The position numbers and the translations under genes are program-made. 64,000 nt of DNA from an uncultured virus (IMG/VR IMGVR_UViG_3300009177_000001). Its lineage: Duplodnaviria > Heunggongvirae > Uroviricota > Caudoviricetes. Positions 1-6,978 of this stretch are shown piece after piece; position 1 is the stretch's first letter, and every line of letters begins with the position of its first letter. Location: IMG/VR virus record IMGVR_UViG_3300009177_000001; one strand, given 5' to 3'. The notes beneath the pieces are model-generated. The model worked only from the letters and a program-made list of their open reading frames with translations, made no database searches and was not told the origin of the DNA.

Positions 1-62
1 GTGGAGACGGCCATGGGGTGTTACTACACGGCACGGTCGCCTTGCCGTCAAGAGCCATTCGC

Positions 63-91
63 TTGACGCTGGACCCTCAGCACGGCATTCT
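63..91 (+). promoter_or_regulatory. sigma70-like promoter, probably leaderless; a divergent partner on the - strand (TTGACG at 51-46) faces an ATG at 14
   Basis: TTGACG 63-68, 17-nt spacer, CATTCT 86-91. Confidence 0.45.
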
Positions 92-97
92 GGCGTC

Positions 98-535
98 TTG
101 AGCTGCTCAGCCTGTGGCCACGACGATCACGTGCCGGACCCGTGCGGTGCATGTGCTGCCGCGGGCACCGTCGGCACCTGCTGGCAGTCCATCACGGTTC
201 ACGGCGGCGACGGTGATCGCGATGCCGCCGGGCACATCGAGATGGCCACCGGGCTTGAAGCGCGCCCGTGCGCCATGTGCAAGAGCTGGGAGGGCGCCGA
301 CAAGCGCAAGGTGATCGAGTACGCGCTGGCGAAGGGCTTGGAGATCCAGCCGGATGGCTCGTTCAAAACACCGATAGCAAAAGACTTCCCAGGTCGCGTG
401 TCGTTGCGCCTCGACCCGAAGAACTTCGGGTGGTGCAAGCGCGACGCGATCTTGTCCGACGCGATGGCCACGTGCGGGCGATGGCAGCCGACGATCGCCG
501 TGCAGGACTTCCAGAACCGGATGCGTCGGGGCTGA
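98..535 (+). CDS. Cys-rich hypothetical protein
   Basis: 145 aa with several CxxC pairs; TTG start 6 nt after a TTGACG-N17-CATTCT promoter-like element. Confidence 0.6.
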   Translation: MSCSACGHDDHVPDPCGACAAAGTVGTCWQSITVHGGDGDRDAAGHIEMATGLEARPCAMCKSWEGADKRKVIEYALAKGLEIQPDGSFKTPIAKDFPGRVSLRLDPKNFGWCKRDAILSDAMATCGRWQPTIAVQDFQNRMRRG

Positions 536-538
536 GGG

Positions 539-649
539 GTGCAACTCTTCACCGACACGGGTTCGCGCATCGTCGCGGGCATAGTGGCGCTCTTCGTGGT
601 CGCGGAGATGGTCGCGCGCACGGTACGGTGGTGGCGGAGGCGAAGATGA
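539..649 (+). CDS. small membrane protein (36 aa)
   Basis: Hand-translated VQLFTDTGSRIVAGIVALFVVAEMVARTVRWWRRRR; fills the gap and overlaps the next start as ATGA. Confidence 0.5.
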   Translation: MQLFTDTGSRIVAGIVALFVVAEMVARTVRWWRRRR

Positions 650-1176
650 GCCGGCCGCGCGAAGTCTATCCAAGCGTGTTCACGTTCCGCGTGCCACGCG
701 ACGAATGCACTTCGCTGTTACAGCTGATCACGGCGTGTCGTGCACGCACGCGAGGTGCACCTGCACCGAATTCGATGAACAAGTACGGCCTTACGCTGAG
801 CGGCGCCGAAGCACGCGAGCGCATGGCCGAGCTACAGCGCTGGTATGTCGAGCCGATCGTGCACGGCCACTACGAGGGCGTGCGCTTGAAAGCCAACCCC
901 TACGCCTTCATCGTCGACTACGAGATGGACAAGCAGCGGGCGCTCGCCGCGCACGACGATTCAAGCGACGTCACGCTGAACCTATGTCTCGGCACCAAGT
1001 GGGAAAGCGGCGAGCTTGTCTTCTACGACAAGGCGGGTAAGAAGCCTGTGTTCACGCTCGAACACCGTGTGGGGCAAGCGATCGTGCACCGAGGAAAACA
1101 CATTCATCGCGCCAAGCCGATCACCGCCGGCGCGCGCACGAATTTGATCCTGTGGTGCGCTGCGAGGAAAAAGTGA
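646..1176 (+). CDS. 2OG-Fe(II) oxygenase (prolyl/lysyl-hydroxylase-like)
   Basis: HxD in AAHDDSSDVTLNLCLG, GELVF, distal H and R in HIHRAKPITAGARTNLILW. Confidence 0.85.
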   Translation: MSRPREVYPSVFTFRVPRDECTSLLQLITACRARTRGAPAPNSMNKYGLTLSGAEARERMAELQRWYVEPIVHGHYEGVRLKANPYAFIVDYEMDKQRALAAHDDSSDVTLNLCLGTKWESGELVFYDKAGKKPVFTLEHRVGQAIVHRGKHIHRAKPITAGARTNLILWCAARKK

Positions 1177-1532
1177 CTCTGAACCTTTCCCAGCTCGTCC
1201 TACTCGGCATCGCCACGGCGGCGATCCACTGGCTCATGTCGCGCGCCGCGATCACCCAGCCTATCTGGTCGCGGGCTCCGAAGGCGCTCGACGCGCTCCT
1301 GCGCTGCCCGAGCTGTTCGGGCTTCTGGCTCGGGCTCGGCGTGTCGGCCGCCGGCGTTCACCCCGTGGAGGGCGTGTCGCGCTGGCTCGGGCTCGTCGGC
1401 GCCGCCGTGCTCGCGATGTTCCTCACACCGGTGTTCGAAGCGGTCATGCTCTGGGGGTTGGGGATGAGCACGGTGGAAGAGGAAGACACCCACGGTGCGA
1501 CGACAACAGGCACGGACACGCGCATCGAATAG
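1173..1532 (+). CDS. DUF1360-like membrane protein
   Basis: Hydrophobic helices around LLRCPSCSGFW; GTGA overlap with upstream stop. Confidence 0.6.
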   Translation: MTLNLSQLVLLGIATAAIHWLMSRAAITQPIWSRAPKALDALLRCPSCSGFWLGLGVSAAGVHPVEGVSRWLGLVGAAVLAMFLTPVFEAVMLWGLGMSTVEEEDTHGATTTGTDTRIE

Positions 1533-1819
1533 GTCATCGTCGGGTATTCGATGCGCTCTCCCTCCCCGTCGAGCGCCGCCACGGCCTGCAACGCGCGCAC
1601 GGCTTCGCCATCCCAGCCGCGACACCACGTCATGCCCTCGTCGTTGGTGTTCACGCGGCCTTGTCGAGCAGCGACCGCACCTGCACCACGGATGTTGTAG
1701 ACGACGCGCCGCCGCCCGTAGTGCTTGCCGACGCGCGCGGGAAACACGTTGCGGCCTCCGTGCCACACGCCGCGCACGGAGATCTCGTCGCCAGGCCGAA
1801 GGTTGTGATGCTTCGCCAT
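1358..1819 (-). CDS. GDP-TWIRG family member 1
   Basis: LRPGDEISV ... DEGMTWCRGWDGEAVRALQAVAAL; TGATG coupling at 1819; tail overlaps the convergent gene. Confidence 0.7.
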   Translation of the reverse strand: MAKHHNLRPGDEISVRGVWHGGRNVFPARVGKHYGRRRVVYNIRGAGAVAARQGRVNTNDEGMTWCRGWDGEAVRALQAVAALDGEGERIEYPTMTYSMRVSVPVVVAPWVSSSSTVLIPNPQSMTASNTGVRNIASTAAPTSPSQRDTPSTG

Positions 1820-2100
1820 CAGAAGCCGCCAGGTCCCCACGTGTCAGTCTCGATGACGAGCGGCATGTCTTCTCGCATGAGGGTGTCGGCGGCACGCAAC
1901 GCACGCGCAGCTTCGGTGCCCCACCCGCGCGCCCACGTTCTGCCTTCGTCAGCGTGCAAGAAAGCCCAATTCTCCCCAAGCGCATCTGCATTGAACGCCG
2001 CGGTTACGGTGAAAGCAAAACGAACTACGGCTTCAACAACACACGTGCCTCGGGTCAGTGGCTCCGTAACAACGATCGTGACGTGATCGCCGACCTTCAC
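1819..2100 (-). CDS. GDP-TWIRG family member 2
   Basis: VKVGDHVTIV ... DEGRTWARGWGTEAARALRAA; GTG at 2100. Confidence 0.75.
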   Translation of the reverse strand: MKVGDHVTIVVTEPLTRGTCVVEAVVRFAFTVTAAFNADALGENWAFLHADEGRTWARGWGTEAARALRAADTLMREDMPLVIETDTWGPGGF

Positions 2101-2313
2101 GCCGTGCGCTCCAATATCACAGCTGCTTCCAGGGCACGTGCCGCTTTCGCTGTTCCATCCGCGCGCCAATGTTCTGCCTTCGTCGCTCACGCTGTATGTG
2201 AACGGGCTGGTGTGGAAGACCGGTGCCTTGATGTGGTCGATACAACGGTAAAGAACATGCGCGATGCGGTCAGAATCGCGCACAACACATGCCACGTGAT
2301 CGCCCACATTCAA
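2097..2313 (-). pseudogene. GDP-TWIRG family member 3, carrying a +1 frameshift that fuses it to member 2
   Basis: NVGDHVA ... DEGRTLARGWNSE; removing one T of TTT 2145-2147 restores AARALEAAVILERTA-stop. Confidence 0.65.
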
Positions 2314-2322
2314 ACGCCGCGC

Positions 2323-2598
2323 TCACTCGTCGAACTCCACGCCGGCCGCGCGCAGCTCCGCCTCGACGAACGCGAGGCGATCTTTCAGCGCGGCGCGGAG
2401 TCCGAGCGCCATCGCCGCGGGCACGTCGCGCTCGGTCATGGTGATCCGGGCACGGCCGCCGTAGACGCGCTCGAACAACACGAGCTTGGCGGGCCGCTTG
2501 GCCGGATCGTACGTGCCGTCAGGCGTCATCCCGAACGCGTGCGGCTGGCAGTTCTGCCCGCACACCACGCATCCGAGACGAAGTTGGCTGGTCGGCAC
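2323..2598 (-). CDS. hypothetical protein
   Basis: 91 aa, CxxC near the N-terminus, TACTGT box just upstream of GTG. Confidence 0.55.
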   Translation of the reverse strand: MPTSQLRLGCVVCGQNCQPHAFGMTPDGTYDPAKRPAKLVLFERVYGGRARITMTERDVPAAMALGLRAALKDRLAFVEAELRAAGVEFDE

Positions 2599-2631
2599 CG
2601 TGTACAGTATGCCGCTGCCGCGCGGCGTGCG

Positions 2632-3090
2632 CTAGCAGCTGATGTTGCAGTGGAGAAACAGCACGCACGTCTGCCCAGAGGAGTGCTTCACGCACTGAGA
2701 GCAGCACTCGTTACGCGGAACCTGCTGGGGAGTCGCCGCTGGCGACGCCGCCCCGGTCGCCGGCCAAAGCCAAGCCGCCGCTCGGTCGACGCTACGGCGC
2801 TCATCGGCCGACACGGCGCGGGCCGACTGCCAACCGGAGAGCATCTGCTGAAGCGCGCAGTTGAGCGCCTGCGCGCCGTACTTGGTGGCAGCGGCCGTCA
2901 GGTGAGTACGCCATTCGGTGTCGAGCGACGCGAGCGCGGCGGTGGCGTCGCTGATCAGCTCGGCAGCAGCGGGAGCCCCGCACGTCACGGCGGTGGTGAC
3001 GACCGGAGATGCGGGCTGGTCGCCGGGCGTGCGGCAACTCTGGCAGGCGGTGAACACGAGGACGGACACGAGCAGGGCGAGTGTTTTCAT
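2632..3090 (-). CDS. putative lipoprotein
   Basis: MKTLALLVSVLVFTAC signal peptide with lipobox-like Cys. Confidence 0.6.
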   Translation of the reverse strand: MKTLALLVSVLVFTACQSCRTPGDQPASPVVTTAVTCGAPAAAELISDATAALASLDTEWRTHLTAAATKYGAQALNCALQQMLSGWQSARAVSADERRSVDRAAAWLWPATGAASPAATPQQVPRNECCSQCVKHSSGQTCVLFLHCNISC

Positions 3091-3144
3091 GGGCGGCATC
3101 CTAACGCAAGCCAGGGTGCTTCGCCCAGCTCGATCGCGAGGGCT

Positions 3145-3393
3145 CTACTTCGACTTCGTTTTCGCCTTCGTCTTTGGCTTCGACTTCTTGGCAGCAGCAG
3201 GCACCAACTTCTTGGCGGCGGGCACCAGCAGCTTCTTGACGTCGGCTGCCATCACACCGACCTGCTTCACCGCAGTTCTGAGCGCCACGGCGGGGACGCC
3301 GAACTTCTTGCACCAGTAGAGCACCTCGTGCTGCTCATGCACGTTGATGCGCTTGGCGTCCGCGGGTCCGCGCTTCGAGAGATCGTCAGGCAT
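3145..3393 (-). CDS. DUF3606-family protein with Lys-rich tail
   Basis: RGPADAKRINVHEQHEVLYWCKKFGV..L..AV..VG. Confidence 0.75.
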   Translation of the reverse strand: MPDDLSKRGPADAKRINVHEQHEVLYWCKKFGVPAVALRTAVKQVGVMAADVKKLLVPAAKKLVPAAAKKSKPKTKAKTKSK

Positions 3394-3404
3394 AAGCCGG
3401 GAGC

Positions 3405-3815
3405 TTACCGCCAGCGGACTTCGGCGGCTAGCAGCTGCTTGCACAGCGCGGCCCGCTCCGCTTGCTGCTTCTCGAATTCAACAGGCGAGACGATCAGCTC
3501 GGGACGATTCGTCGCCGTGTAGTACCGCGCCATTTTCTCGTACGCCGACTCTTTCGCGCCGGATGTGAAACACAGTGGTGCGTGGTTGAGCCGCAGGATG
3601 TGATCGTGCACCGCGAGGCGCAGCTCGTTCGTCACTGGGTCGCCCTTCGCCGCTGCGATAAGTTTCGGAAGAGGCCACAGGTGATACCCACGTAGAGGCG
3701 GATCATCGCTCTCCGTGATGTCCGTAATCGGCGTGTTGCCGAACGTGGCGCCGAAGGCGTTCGGGACTTCCGCCACGAAATCGGCGTGTTCACGCGTGGC
3801 AGGCTTGGGCATCAC
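3405..3815 (-). CDS. hypothetical protein
   Basis: 136 aa with protein-like composition in a co-directional run. Confidence 0.6.
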   Translation of the reverse strand: MMPKPATREHADFVAEVPNAFGATFGNTPITDITESDDPPLRGYHLWPLPKLIAAAKGDPVTNELRLAVHDHILRLNHAPLCFTSGAKESAYEKMARYYTATNRPELIVSPVEFEKQQAERAALCKQLLAAEVRWR

Positions 3816-3839
3816 GCGAAAGGCTACACCGCGAGCGTG

Positions 3840-4109
3840 CTAGCCGTCCAGCGCTCCCGCGCCGCTGAGCGAGTCGCGCCACCCGCAGAGCGCCTGCGCT
3901 GCTTGCATCGCGCGCAGCGGTTCGTCGTCTTGGTGTTCGCCACGGATCCACGCGATGCCCTCCGCGCGCACGGCGAGCGAGCCGTAGTCAGTGCCATTCG
4001 GCAGACCGTACGAGAACGTGTGGCCCTGCACCGTTCCCACGCGGCGGATGTGCGGGCCACCGCCGAACCACACCGTGACGAGATCACCTTCGCGCAGCGG
4101 ATCAGGCAT
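3840..4109 (-). CDS. GDP-TWIRG family member 4
   Basis: LREGDLVTV ... AEGIAWIRGEHQDDEPLRAMQAAQAL. Confidence 0.75.
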   Translation of the reverse strand: MPDPLREGDLVTVWFGGGPHIRRVGTVQGHTFSYGLPNGTDYGSLAVRAEGIAWIRGEHQDDEPLRAMQAAQALCGWRDSLSGAGALDG

Positions 4110-4116
4110 CAGGCGC

Positions 4117-4314
4117 TCACGTTCGCGAGGACGTGTTTCCCGGCACCAGTGCGAAGTACACGAACTGGTCTAACGGCAGCACGGGCGCAATCGCGATCGC
4201 AGGACAAGAGCGCCAGCGCGCACGAAGCGCCTTGGCCTCCCAATCAGCTTCGCCAAGATCAACAGCAGGATCGCGCAGCAGGACGAGCGGATCGGTGCTG
4301 CGGCCCGCGGCCAT
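4117..4314 (-). CDS. hypothetical protein
   Basis: TGATG-coupled to the XRE gene stop. Confidence 0.45.
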   Translation of the reverse strand: MAAGRSTDPLVLLRDPAVDLGEADWEAKALRARWRSCPAIAIAPVLPLDQFVYFALVPGNTSSRT

Positions 4315-4580
4315 CACGCAGCTCGTGCGACCGGACGCGCCGCCGCCACCGCGCGGGCTACGTGCTCCACTCGGAACGGCTGCGCCGCGCGGCGGGTGGC
4401 GTGCACGATCACGAGCAGGCGATCCGCCGGCGGCACCACGCGGCCGGTCTCGTAGGCGGCGAGCGTCTGCCACGGAATGTCGCAGTGTCGCGCGAAGTCC
4501 TGCAACGTCATGCCGAGCTGATCACGCACGCGCCGGATCTCGATTCCGATCGGCGGCGGACTTTTGGTCTCGGGGGCCAC
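4314..4580 (-). CDS. XRE/Cro-C1 helix-turn-helix regulator
   Basis: IRRVRDQLGMTLQDFARHCDIPWQTLAAYETGRVVP; GTG 6 nt after TTGACA-N18-CATTCT. Confidence 0.85.
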   Translation of the reverse strand: MAPETKSPPPIGIEIRRVRDQLGMTLQDFARHCDIPWQTLAAYETGRVVPPADRLLVIVHATRRAAQPFRVEHVARAVAAARPVARAA

Positions 4581-4586
4581 GTGGGG

Positions 4587-4616
4587 AGAATGAGCATTCG
4601 AAGTGGTTAGTGTCAA
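4587..4616 (-). promoter_or_regulatory. sigma70-like leaderless promoter of the XRE gene
   Basis: TTGACA 4616-4611, 18-nt spacer, CATTCT 4592-4587. Confidence 0.6.
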
Positions 4617-4709
4617 GTCCTACGTGTCGGTGCAGCGGTGGCAGCGGAGCGATTCCCAGATCTTGGCCCGACCGCTGCACCCCGCGCGCGTGCGCGCACG
4701 ATGCAGCTG

Positions 4710-4785
4710 AAATCAACTATCACATACCTTCTGGATCGGACGATCGCGCGCAGATCACGTGAAGAAGGTATGCAGTAGTTGATTT
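4710..4785. repeat. 23-bp imperfect inverted repeat in a divergent intergenic region
   Basis: AAATCAACTATCACATACCTTCT (4710-4732) vs AGAAGGTATGCAGTAGTTGATTT (4763-4785), 20/23 complementary. Confidence 0.85.
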
Positions 4786-4860
4786 TTGTTGGATCATGCG
4801 CGCGCGCGAGAAGCATGATAGTTGACTAACATGATAACTATACGCTATACCGTTTTCCAC

Positions 4861-5787
4861 ATGCCAGCCTTCAAGAACCCGGTGTACCTACGTGTAGGCG
4901 CTTCGAGCGTCCCCTTCGCTCCGGGAACGCTCGAAGCGCTTCCTGACGCGCAGGAATTCCTGTTGGGGCTCATGGGCCGCGGAACCGTGTCGCTGCCCAT
5001 CGCCGCCCACTACGTGCGCCTGGCCGCGCGCCTGAAACGCCAGGGGCGCCTCAACATGCCGGCCGCGATCACGCACAACACCGAGCGCACCGCCGCCAAC
5101 GCCTACTGGCGCTGGGTGTCAGAGTCCTACACCGCCCGGCTGAGCCCCGTGCTGCGGGCGTTCGCCAAGAGCGACTTCGTGCGCACGGCCTACACGTGGA
5201 TCCGCGTGCACGCGCTCGTGCCACCGGTGATCCCGGGCAAGGACGTGAAGCGCATCCCGCGGCTGACGAGCTTCGGTCACAGCTCGCTCGATCCGGTGAC
5301 CCGCGAGGTGGTCGTGCACGAGGCCCCCCGTGTCGAGTGGGTGCCGACGACCGCCTGGACGCTACACGTGCCCCACAAGCCCGCGCCACCGCACGAGGAC
5401 CCGTGCCCCGACTGCGCCGTGATCGAGCTGGACGACAAGGGGGTGCAGCTGCAGGTGCTAGCGACGGCGTTCGAGTCGGCGTGGGGGCACCGCGATCTCT
5501 CCCGCGTGCCGGCCGACGCGCTCTTGTTCGGTGCGCCACCTCGGGAGGACGCGCAGGTGGTCGAGCGAACCGTGGCGCCGGCAGGTCGGATCGTGGCGCT
5601 GATGCCGCCGAGCCAGCTGGCGAATGACGTCGAGCGCCTCGGGGGAAGCGTGGTGCGCGAGCTGGACATGTTCGCGGCGCGGGCTCGGGAGGTGGTGCCC
5701 GATGCCGTGGTGATCTCGCGTGCGTCGGCGGGAGCGCGGCTGGAGGACGTGCTAGCCGTGGTGCGGGCGGTGTGGGGTGGCGGATGA
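4861..5787 (+). CDS. hypothetical protein
   Basis: Long ORF, first gene of the rightward run; ATG 4861 follows AT-rich promoter-like sequence. Confidence 0.7.
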   Translation: MPAFKNPVYLRVGASSVPFAPGTLEALPDAQEFLLGLMGRGTVSLPIAAHYVRLAARLKRQGRLNMPAAITHNTERTAANAYWRWVSESYTARLSPVLRAFAKSDFVRTAYTWIRVHALVPPVIPGKDVKRIPRLTSFGHSSLDPVTREVVVHEAPRVEWVPTTAWTLHVPHKPAPPHEDPCPDCAVIELDDKGVQLQVLATAFESAWGHRDLSRVPADALLFGAPPREDAQVVERTVAPAGRIVALMPPSQLANDVERLGGSVVRELDMFAARAREVVPDAVVISRASAGARLEDVLAVVRAVWGGG

Positions 5788-6004
5788 GATCCGATATTGG
5801 GCGCAGATTACCGTCGCGTACAAGGGCACGTTGAACAAAACGAACGTGACGTTGCACTACGATGGCGGCTTACAGGCGGTTACAGATTGGGGGAGCCACC
5901 AGATCCGCCCTGCGCAAGAAGGCAAGCGTTGGATCCGTGGCCACCACGGGGAGGAAACGGAACAGGGTCGTGCGTTGCTGGCCGCGTATGCGCTGACGAA
6001 ATGA
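5777..6004 (+). CDS. GDP-TWIRG family member 5
   Basis: AQITV ... QEGKRWIRGHHGEETEQGRALLAAYAL. Confidence 0.8.
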   Translation: MADEIRYWAQITVAYKGTLNKTNVTLHYDGGLQAVTDWGSHQIRPAQEGKRWIRGHHGEETEQGRALLAAYALTK

Positions 6005-6225
6005 CAGCGTTCCTTCCCGGCCGCCTGTACTTGATCACGGTCGTCGCATGGCGCGGGAAAGTGGCGCCCGTGGTTGAACGCCAACAAATAATGGTCTCGG
6101 AAGGACAAAGAGAAGAAAAGTTCTCGCCGCAGGACGAAGGCACCACATGGATTCACGGCCACTACCCGGACGACTCCGAAGAGAACCGAGCGCTCCTTGC
6201 TGCGTGGTTGCTCAAATGGAAGTGA
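6001..6225 (+). CDS. GDP-TWIRG family member 6
   Basis: LITV ... DEGTTWIHGHYPDDSEENRALLAAWLL; ATGA overlap. Confidence 0.8.
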   Translation: MTAFLPGRLYLITVVAWRGKVAPVVERQQIMVSEGQREEKFSPQDEGTTWIHGHYPDDSEENRALLAAWLLKWK

Positions 6226-6452
6226 AGGTCGGCGATCCCATAACGATGGTCGACATGCTGACTCCCGTGTGGCTAAACGTGGTGGGCTCACCGGGGGCGT
6301 CGATCACAGCCACCTACGTAGTCGCCGGACTCGCGCATACTTTCAACTTTGCTGTCGATGGCGAAGGGATAACGTGGATTCGTGGGCATCACGGGCCCGA
6401 GTCCGAAACGTTGCGAGCGCTCCAAGCCGCGTGGTTACTGAGAAACGTGTGA
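6222..6452 (+). CDS. GDP-TWIRG family member 7
   Basis: VKVGDPITMV ... GEGITWIRGHHGPESETLRALQAAWLL; GTGA overlap (alternative ATG 6216). Confidence 0.8.
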   Translation: MKVGDPITMVDMLTPVWLNVVGSPGASITATYVVAGLAHTFNFAVDGEGITWIRGHHGPESETLRALQAAWLLRNV

Positions 6453-6709
6453 ATGTCGGCGATCCCATAACGACGGTAGGCAAGATCAACGGCGTGGAGA
6501 CACCTGTGTGGCACAGGGTCACCGAGCTGGGCATGATCTCGATCAACGTTGAGGTCGCTCCATGTATGCGAGGGCGCTTTCACGCCACCGAAGGGGCAGT
6601 GCTCCGCAGCGAGGAAGACATAACGTGGATGTGTGGCCACCACGATCCTACGTCCGAAGCGTGGCGCGCGCTTCTAGCCGCATGGTTGCTCATCCGCACC
6701 GAGACTTGA
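6449..6709 (+). CDS. GDP-TWIRG family member 8
   Basis: VNVGDPITTV ... EEDITWMCGHHDPTSEAWRALLAAWLL; GTGA overlap. Confidence 0.8.
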   Translation: MNVGDPITTVGKINGVETPVWHRVTELGMISINVEVAPCMRGRFHATEGAVLRSEEDITWMCGHHDPTSEAWRALLAAWLLIRTET

Positions 6710-6744
6710 CACCTGCACACCTCGCGGTGTATCTACCGGTCCCG

Positions 6745-6978
6745 ATGGTCACTCCTGGCGTCTACAAGCACTACAAGGGCAACTTCTACCGCGTGCTCTT
6801 CGTGGCGAAGAACAGCGCCAACGACGCGGACCCGCGCGACGAGAGCGTGGTGGTGTACGTGGCCCTGTACGATGACGGACGCGTGTGCGTGCGGCCGGAG
6901 CGCGAGTTCTTGGACGTCGTGACGGACGCGCACGGAAGAGTCACGGCGCGCTTCTTTCGCCAGAACGGCGTCAAGTGA
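6745..6978 (+). CDS. DUF1653-family protein
   Basis: GVYKHYKGNFYRV ... VVYVALY ... VRPEREF. Confidence 0.85.
   Translation: MVTPGVYKHYKGNFYRVLFVAKNSANDADPRDESVVVYVALYDDGRVCVRPEREFLDVVTDAHGRVTARFFRQNGVK

Noticed and set aside
1495..3522. 675 aa + strand ORF
   Set aside because: Arg/Ala-rich shadow frame antisense to several credible - strand genes.
5777..6709. CRISPR array or integron cassette array
   Set aside because: Repeats are degenerate, coding and about 230 bp apart; genes overlap, leaving no room for attC sites; no cas operon.
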